Virus record (IMG/VR): IMGVR_UViG_3300032266_000694
Location: 57-64,056 of that record
Strand: one strand, 5' to 3'
DNA: 64,000 nucleotides
Origin: a virus
Taxonomy: Duplodnaviria; Caudoviricetes
Of the stretch, positions 58,182 to 64,000 are shown one piece after another; position 1 is the stretch's first letter; every line of letters starts with the position of its first letter. The notes under the pieces were generated by a model. It was not told the origin of the DNA. It saw only the letters and a program-made list of their open reading frames with translations, and ran no database searches. The position numbers and the translations under genes were made by a program.

Positions 58182-60403
58182 GCGGGTGTCGGATTACCGC
58201 CAGCTAGGCCAGCGTCAACAGGGACGCTTTTCGTTCCACCAACGCTAGGCGGAGGTGAGCCAGGGGATCCAGCTTGGCCGAATACTCGTCCGTCTGGAGT
58301 CATCCCATTCTGTGTGGGTGGCGGAGCAAAGGGCTGAATGATCGACTCTGCATCCACGATCCCAAGGGCTTTGAGGCTCTGGTTGTAGAACAGGGCGACC
58401 TTCTGCTGAACCTCTGGTGGCAATCCATAGAACTGGGTCACAAGACCCGCCGCTTGAGCGTTGCTCTGGAGCTGTTGCTCTCCGTGGTAGCGGGTGAGAA
58501 GGAGTCGGATATTGATGTTAATATCGGCAATTTCTTCTGGGGTGATTGTCACAAGCTGGACTGCATCGCCTTCCAAGTAGTTGAACATTTCTTTTTTGTT
58601 CATGTTGTCCAACAGGATCAAGACCAGCCGATTGACCACTTGGGACAGGGCTGGCTCCAAGGACATCAAGTACTGCGAGAACATTTCGTTGCCAGCTTGG
58701 TCGATGCTTCGGATGCCAGTAGCCAACTTGCTCGATGGCAATCCAGAGAACTCTTGGTCGCCACCAGTCATCACGCCAGACTCAAGTTGAACGAGCTGGG
58801 TGAAGTATTGGAGCATGAAATTGAGATCCTTTTCCTTGGACTCTGGAAGAGCCACATAGGTCAAAGCATCTGCGGCCGCAAAGCCTGGGCGAAGCGTATA
58901 AGTGCCTCCAGAATTGAGGATCAGATTGGGATTCGCTGACCCTTCAAAGGTCGCATCTGGACGCCAGAAGGTGACTCGCCCGCTTGAACTTTGGCTGAAA
59001 TTAAGTCGGTTAATAGTCAGATCCATGAAGTCTTGTGAGGTCTTGAACTGCTCCACTCCGCCCATTCCGTACCAGCGTCCGTCCACAGGGTTCACTCGGA
59101 CTACTGTGAATGGTCTACGGCCATCGGAGGTCACATTAGCCACATACTCGTAGAAGATTGCCCGCTGATTGCGAACATCCAACAGAAGCATTATTTCTTC
59201 GGTGATTCCGTCTCCGTTCGCATCATACCGCAAGTAGCATTCCGCAATCTCCATCGTCGGGTTATTGAAGGTATTGTTTGGCTCGTAAGCCTCACCACGC
59301 TCTGTTCTGGCCTGTTTAGCACCAGTCTTGGGGATCCCAGACTCGGTTGCAGACATACGGATCTGGTCAATCGCCGCTTGGATTCGGAGCATCTCCTCTT
59401 CGGGGGTCTCCTCGCTTTTCGCCCCTTTCTTATTGTAGAGGTCGGCCAGCTCCATCACAGGAGCATCATAAAGGTGAGCGACAAAGTCGGCATCATCCAC
59501 AGAGGTTGCATTGAGGGGACAGATAAAGTCTTGGTAGTAGACAGGCTCGGCAGTCGGGCCTTCTGAAATGATTGCCCTTCGGCTGATCGTTTGCTCGATG
59601 AACACAGGAACAGGGGGCTGGATCGTGGCCATATCCCGCCTCAAAAGCATAATAGGTTCGCCGATCTCGTTCTGGGCTGGGACAAAGCTGTCCTTGTCGG
59701 TAATGAAATCTCCGTCCGTTGCGAGGATTGGCTGGCCGTTTAGATCCACCAGAACCTTGGCATTCCGCTGATAGACTTGCTCTTTTTTAACGTGGGTCGT
59801 CTTGACCACGCATTCGCCACGGACAAAGGCTAGTTGCAAGGCCATCGCCATAGCATCCTTTACCCCAAGCCTGTTGAACTTGTAGCGAGCATACCGCTCA
59901 ACCTTGTCTGCAATGTCCCGATCGGCCGCTCCTTCGGGCAGGGCAGAGAACCAAGGATCTGTGCCAAGGAAGTATTTCTGTGCCTTTGCGATCATCTGCC
60001 GAACGATACGGCGTGTGACAGGCACGATAAGATTGCTCTGCTCGAAGATCCCGCCCATTACCGCTGGACGCCAAGAAACATTGTTCTCATAGACCCACTC
60101 GTAGATCTGACGGCGACCTAAGAAAGTCTCGAAGGCCATCAAGGAAGTTGGGTTGGTGTTGTAAGCAGTATTACGGACGATACTTCGCCCCATCTCTACC
60201 TCGAGCTTGCGGAGGCGTTCCCATGCGTGGCGAACCAGCTCCTTTTCTTGCTCCTCGGTCAGCTTATAGGCTGTTGGGAAGGCAACCGCAGTCGGGCTTC
60301 CGCCACCCAAAGCTCGTGCGTTCGGTCCACTACGAGCAGAATCAAGAGCCTTCTCGAGTTCTTCGGCCTTCTTTACGAGGTTATCTACTTGATTCTCAGC
60401 CAT
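58178..60403 (-). CDS. Portal protein
   Basis: ~740 aa; LRYDANGDGITEE, RPF..V..NPVDGRWYGMG, QLESGV, ATGI...DQAG; Pro/Gly tail. Confidence 0.88.
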   Translation of the reverse strand: MAENQVDNLVKKAEELEKALDSARSGPNARALGGGSPTAVAFPTAYKLTEEQEKELVRHAWERLRKLEVEMGRSIVRNTAYNTNPTSLMAFETFLGRRQIYEWVYENNVSWRPAVMGGIFEQSNLIVPVTRRIVRQMIAKAQKYFLGTDPWFSALPEGAADRDIADKVERYARYKFNRLGVKDAMAMALQLAFVRGECVVKTTHVKKEQVYQRNAKVLVDLNGQPILATDGDFITDKDSFVPAQNEIGEPIMLLRRDMATIQPPVPVFIEQTISRRAIISEGPTAEPVYYQDFICPLNATSVDDADFVAHLYDAPVMELADLYNKKGAKSEETPEEEMLRIQAAIDQIRMSATESGIPKTGAKQARTERGEAYEPNNTFNNPTMEIAECYLRYDANGDGITEEIMLLLDVRNQRAIFYEYVANVTSDGRRPFTVVRVNPVDGRWYGMGGVEQFKTSQDFMDLTINRLNFSQSSSGRVTFWRPDATFEGSANPNLILNSGGTYTLRPGFAAADALTYVALPESKEKDLNFMLQYFTQLVQLESGVMTGGDQEFSGLPSSKLATGIRSIDQAGNEMFSQYLMSLEPALSQVVNRLVLILLDNMNKKEMFNYLEGDAVQLVTITPEEIADININIRLLLTRYHGEQQLQSNAQAAGLVTQFYGLPPEVQQKVALFYNQSLKALGIVDAESIIQPFAPPPTQNGMTPDGRVFGQAGSPGSPPPSVGGTKSVPVDAGLAGGNPTPA

Positions 60404-60437
60404 ATTCGATTTCAACCATCAATGGCGAGGTGTGCGA

Positions 60438-63400
60438 CTACTTTGTCTGCTTTGCGTCGCCCATTGCATATCTCTGACGGACAATCTGTTCCTCGTATTT
60501 GTTGCGGAGCTTAGAGGCTAGATCTTGAATTCTTTGCTTCTTTTTGTCGGTTGGGTTGGCGATATCGGCTTCGGTAATGTTCACCTCGAACAAGGCCTGT
60601 AGCTGGGGCTGGACAATGGAGTTGAGTGTCTCTTGTTCCCGCAGAGTCAACCGAACCTTCTTTTTGCTGTAGGGATCTGTGATCTCGGCTCTGGGTGAGT
60701 TAAGAACCCAAGTCTTTCCATCTGTTGAGATCTGTTGCCTGTTGTAGGACTCCACGAACCGATTGAGCTTGGAGGCGGGCTTCTTTTTGTAGACGGCGAC
60801 AGGGGAGAGATTCCTAAGTGCAAACTTGGCAAACTTCCCAGCTTTGGTGTCTGGCACGACCTCCGTGAACGGCTTGACTACTTTTTTGCCTTCGTAGTCG
60901 TAAGCGTATGGAGTCCTGTATCCAGTAGCTGAAGGGTATGCTCCTATTGCAGGGGCAAACTTTGACAGCATCCTGTCTTTGTTTAACAGGCTTGGCTCTT
61001 CGGATGCAGTTCTGGATACATAATCTTTTGAGGCTTCCACAAGACCCCTAGCGATTGGAGGGGCTGTAAATACCGATGCAAAATCTATAACAGGGTCAAC
61101 CACGTTCCAGTCGACGAACAATCTCTTTGCTGTACGAAGCTGTCCTCCGAATGTTTTCTGGGTAAGGATTCTGCTGAAATCTCCAACAAGGTTTTGAGAG
61201 ACAGCGATTCCACCACCACGATGAACTGCGTCTTTTACTGCTGTTGCCAATGCAACACCAAATCCCATAGCGGTCACAAACGGCTCAATCCTGCTGATAT
61301 CGAACTCATTGTCGCCAATTCGGATCATATAGGATCTGTTCCCATACCTAGTCGTTCTGCCAGCGGAATCGGCTTGGGCGGCGGGGCCAGTAATCAACAG
61401 GAGCTTCTTATCGTCATCCTTGTCGCCTTCCATACTTCTGAACAGAGCCATCAGAATTGCTGTCCCAATCGCTCCCTCAGTAAGCCCTGCTACGGCGTTT
61501 TCGTAGTTGGTCAGATCCATAAACCTCTGGCCTTCTTTATTAGTTTTGACTGAATTCATCGCTCCGATTGCTGAATCGGCCAGTCCTACAGGGGTGAAGG
61601 CCATCCCTCTTGCCAGCACGTTGTACGAGATCCGAGCGAACAAGGTAAGGCCTCGAAGGATCTGTAATCCCATCGACCCACCGAAGGCCACAGGGGCCGT
61701 GACAGCTCTTGCTCCACCCTTGCTCGGGTCAAAGCCCCAGTTTTCGAGGCTCTGGGAGGCGTCGGATATGCCTTTGCTAACTTTATTCAAAGCCCGAGGG
61801 ATCGCCTTGCCAGCCCTCTTGAATGTAAACGGCTCGTCTTCGTTTGAGGCTACATCCTCGTTAAGGGTCTCACGAGAAGACCGCTCAACTGCAATTTTCC
61901 AAGAGTCAGACCCATACTCGCTGATCTGGTTCCGCACATAATCGACCATTTCTTGGCCTTTGAGGCCTTTTGCCTTGGCCATTCTGAATGCGATAGATCC
62001 TACAAGGGTTTCTGCCGTGAATGATTTAGCAAACTCGTCGGCCGCCAAAAGAGCCCGCAGGGGCAAGCGGATCTTCTTTCCAAAAGAGCCAGGGATCTTG
62101 GGATCGTTCTCGTAAAACTTCTGATCGCCTTCGTCCAGCAGGGTCGCATCGGTATGGTCGATGTTGTAGTAGGGCTTTTCGGTGTTGAATGCCAAGCGGG
62201 CGTACCGCAGTCCGTTAATTACGGAAGGCCACATCGCCATGAAAGCCTCTTTTGCTTCCTCGCTGGCTCCGTTCACAACATCCGAGACGCTGGCGTATGG
62301 GTTCCCGATTGTTCCGTCTGGAAGCCTCACATTGAGGCCAGCCTTGCCCATGAGGTAAGACATCCCAGCCTCCACCATCCGATAGAATGGGTTAAAGGCC
62401 ACGAAAGGGGTCTTCGATACGTTGGCAAGCTGGGTCGATGTGCTGGATACAAGCAGGGCAACGTGAGCTTCAAATACTGCATCACCGACGCTGGCTTTCT
62501 TTCCTTGCGCCCTGCGAACCATCTGCATGGCCACCCCGACGTTGCTTGGCTTCCTCCAGTCGAATAAGGAGCTTTTGCCGTCAACATTGTGCCAATCGGA
62601 CTTGCCAGATGTGTCCGACTGCCCTGCGTAATCAAATCCCATGGCTGACACAATCTCTGCGAGAATCTCTTCTTTGGTGAGGGGAGCCTCTTCTTGGTTG
62701 GCTTCGATACCCCTAGACCGCAGGGATGCTCCGTTGGCAAATGCGGTCAACTTTGCCCTCAACTGGCTTCTTGTGATCCCTTGGGTTGCAAGCTCTCCAG
62801 CTACTTGGTCAAACCTCTGCTTTGTGTTCGTCTCAAGAGATTTCATCAACTGCATCACTCTGGCTGGCTTGATCCCAGCCTGTTTAGCGGCCGCCATCGG
62901 AACCATTCCAGCCATCACAAGTCGGATTGCCTCGGCGTCATCTTTAGACATCTTGATTGTGTCCAGCACGTCTTGAGCTGATTTGCTCTCACGGATCTTG
63001 AGCTGGGCAGTATCCCAATCCATCTGCTCGAGGCTGGTATTTGCCTTTGCCAGCTCTGCCTGTAGAGCCTCTCTTTCTCTCGATGCTTTTTCTAGGGCAA
63101 CTTGGTTCTGGTCGTTAATTTCAGCCCATTGCCTGTTGTATTCCTCAACTTCTTTAATGCGAGCCTCCATGTAAGCTCCCCATCTCTGCCATTCCTCGTT
63201 TGCGTCAAAAGCCTCACCAGCCTGTCTCTTTGCTGTCTCCAGCTCCTCTTTTAATACCCGAATTAGCTCATTGTTGTTTTCAATAGCATTTTGCTTCTTA
63301 ACGGAGGAGACTGCATTGTTGTAAAGATCCAGCTCGCTTCTTGAGGGTCTCATAAGCTCATCCATGACAAATTGCTTATTTCTTTCCTCTCTGGTTAAAG

Positions 63401-64000
63401 GATCCAGCTTGCCCATGACTCCAAGGGCTCTTCCTAGGTTACTTCTTCCGTATCTCCTTTTTTGATCCAATAAGACATTTATTGGCGTAGCCCCGCTTTT
63501 GTTTGAGTCTTCTGCTGTGGCAATGCTTAACGCAACCTCAATTACATCGCTTGTTCGATCGAGGGTTCCGTCTAGCAATCCCTTGTAAAGTTTGTCCTTA
63601 TTTTCAGCAACCAGCTTTCTGGCGGCATTGACTACGTCTTGTTTTCTGTGGATCTCTGGGTTTTCAAGTTTATTGAGTTCAGCAGCGAGCCTTTCAACGA
63701 ATCTGTAATTATCATTTGCGTCTGGGCCAGCACTCATTACGTCTTGCCCAGCAAAAGGCGCCCCAATCTTGTACGGCATCGTCTCTGCGGATGCTCGATT
63801 GGCTAGATCGTTAATCTCCTCGTCGGTAATGACGCTTCCAGATGCTCCCAAAAAGGAGGCAAGCAAGTCGTTTAGCGGAGCTTGTTGTGCTCCATTATTG
63901 ATTGGTTCTTCCTCTGGCATCGGGGGAAGTCCTCGTGCCCGCAGGGAATTCACGGAACGAAGTTGTACGTTGGGTCCCCAATTTCGTTTTGCTCTCTCTA
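60438..64000 (-). CDS. C-terminal >=1186 aa of a giant internal virion protein (5' end beyond window; probably the same gene as 1-13964)
   Basis: Frame is open past GTG 63953 to the edge. It shares SLR[AS]RG motifs and the 49-bp repeat with the left ORF. RALLAADEF.K and IRIGD...DISRIEPF are typical of podoviral ejection-protein C-termini. Confidence 0.85.
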   Translation of the reverse strand, partial: ERAKRNWGPNVQLRSVNSLRARGLPPMPEEEPINNGAQQAPLNDLLASFLGASGSVITDEEINDLANRASAETMPYKIGAPFAGQDVMSAGPDANDNYRFVERLAAELNKLENPEIHRKQDVVNAARKLVAENKDKLYKGLLDGTLDRTSDVIEVALSIATAEDSNKSGATPINVLLDQKRRYGRSNLGRALGVMGKLDPLTREERNKQFVMDELMRPSRSELDLYNNAVSSVKKQNAIENNNELIRVLKEELETAKRQAGEAFDANEEWQRWGAYMEARIKEVEEYNRQWAEINDQNQVALEKASREREALQAELAKANTSLEQMDWDTAQLKIRESKSAQDVLDTIKMSKDDAEAIRLVMAGMVPMAAAKQAGIKPARVMQLMKSLETNTKQRFDQVAGELATQGITRSQLRAKLTAFANGASLRSRGIEANQEEAPLTKEEILAEIVSAMGFDYAGQSDTSGKSDWHNVDGKSSLFDWRKPSNVGVAMQMVRRAQGKKASVGDAVFEAHVALLVSSTSTQLANVSKTPFVAFNPFYRMVEAGMSYLMGKAGLNVRLPDGTIGNPYASVSDVVNGASEEAKEAFMAMWPSVINGLRYARLAFNTEKPYYNIDHTDATLLDEGDQKFYENDPKIPGSFGKKIRLPLRALLAADEFAKSFTAETLVGSIAFRMAKAKGLKGQEMVDYVRNQISEYGSDSWKIAVERSSRETLNEDVASNEDEPFTFKRAGKAIPRALNKVSKGISDASQSLENWGFDPSKGGARAVTAPVAFGGSMGLQILRGLTLFARISYNVLARGMAFTPVGLADSAIGAMNSVKTNKEGQRFMDLTNYENAVAGLTEGAIGTAILMALFRSMEGDKDDDKKLLLITGPAAQADSAGRTTRYGNRSYMIRIGDNEFDISRIEPFVTAMGFGVALATAVKDAVHRGGGIAVSQNLVGDFSRILTQKTFGGQLRTAKRLFVDWNVVDPVIDFASVFTAPPIARGLVEASKDYVSRTASEEPSLLNKDRMLSKFAPAIGAYPSATGYRTPYAYDYEGKKVVKPFTEVVPDTKAGKFAKFALRNLSPVAVYKKKPASKLNRFVESYNRQQISTDGKTWVLNSPRAEITDPYSKKKVRLTLREQETLNSIVQPQLQALFEVNITEADIANPTDKKKQRIQDLASKLRNKYEEQIVRQRYAMGDAKQTK

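Larger units (their letters stand above)
15467..60461. promoter_or_regulatory. Family of palindromes TGCGWCGCA 51-53 nt upstream of late-gene starts
   Basis: Copies at 15467-15475, 19717-19725, 21399-21407, 33277-33285, 52859-52867 and 60453-60461 (0-2 mismatches). Confidence 0.75.

Overview
This window is an essentially complete ~64 kb tailed-phage genome (podovirus-like). It encodes a portal, scaffold, N4-gp56-like major capsid protein, terminase large subunit, CHAP endolysin module, lambda-O-like replication initiator, RusA, a recombination pair and a serine resolvase. No CRISPR array, tRNA or RNA polymerase was recognised. The ORF track misses the largest gene: a minus-strand frame open from ATG 13964 off the left edge (at least 4654 codons), whose probable C-terminal part is 60438..>64000. 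This giant polyvalent virion protein is divided into modules by a recurring xLx[SA]RG[LI] peptide. The modules include a ParB/DdrB-like domain, a strawberry-notch helicase, a HEXXH metallopeptidase and, exactly between two such motifs, a sigma70-family-like domain. Separately, 13 copies of a novel motif GCAACAC-N4-GGACT-N7-A lie in the accessory/early region; 12 are followed directly by ATG, which suggests leaderless promoters. A second motif, the palindrome TGCGWCGCA, lies 51-53 nt from eight late-gene starts. My lead hypothesis (inference) is a virion-injected, proteolytically released sigma factor driving leaderless early transcription. Other oddities include a split Trypco2-like trio with a strictly alternating poly-Ser strand, a SET methyltransferase facing three basic proteins ending in [RK]KSY[PQ]E, an iteron/origin block displaced from the initiator gene, and a candidate structured ncRNA. 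All domain calls come from motif recognition by eye, not from database searches.
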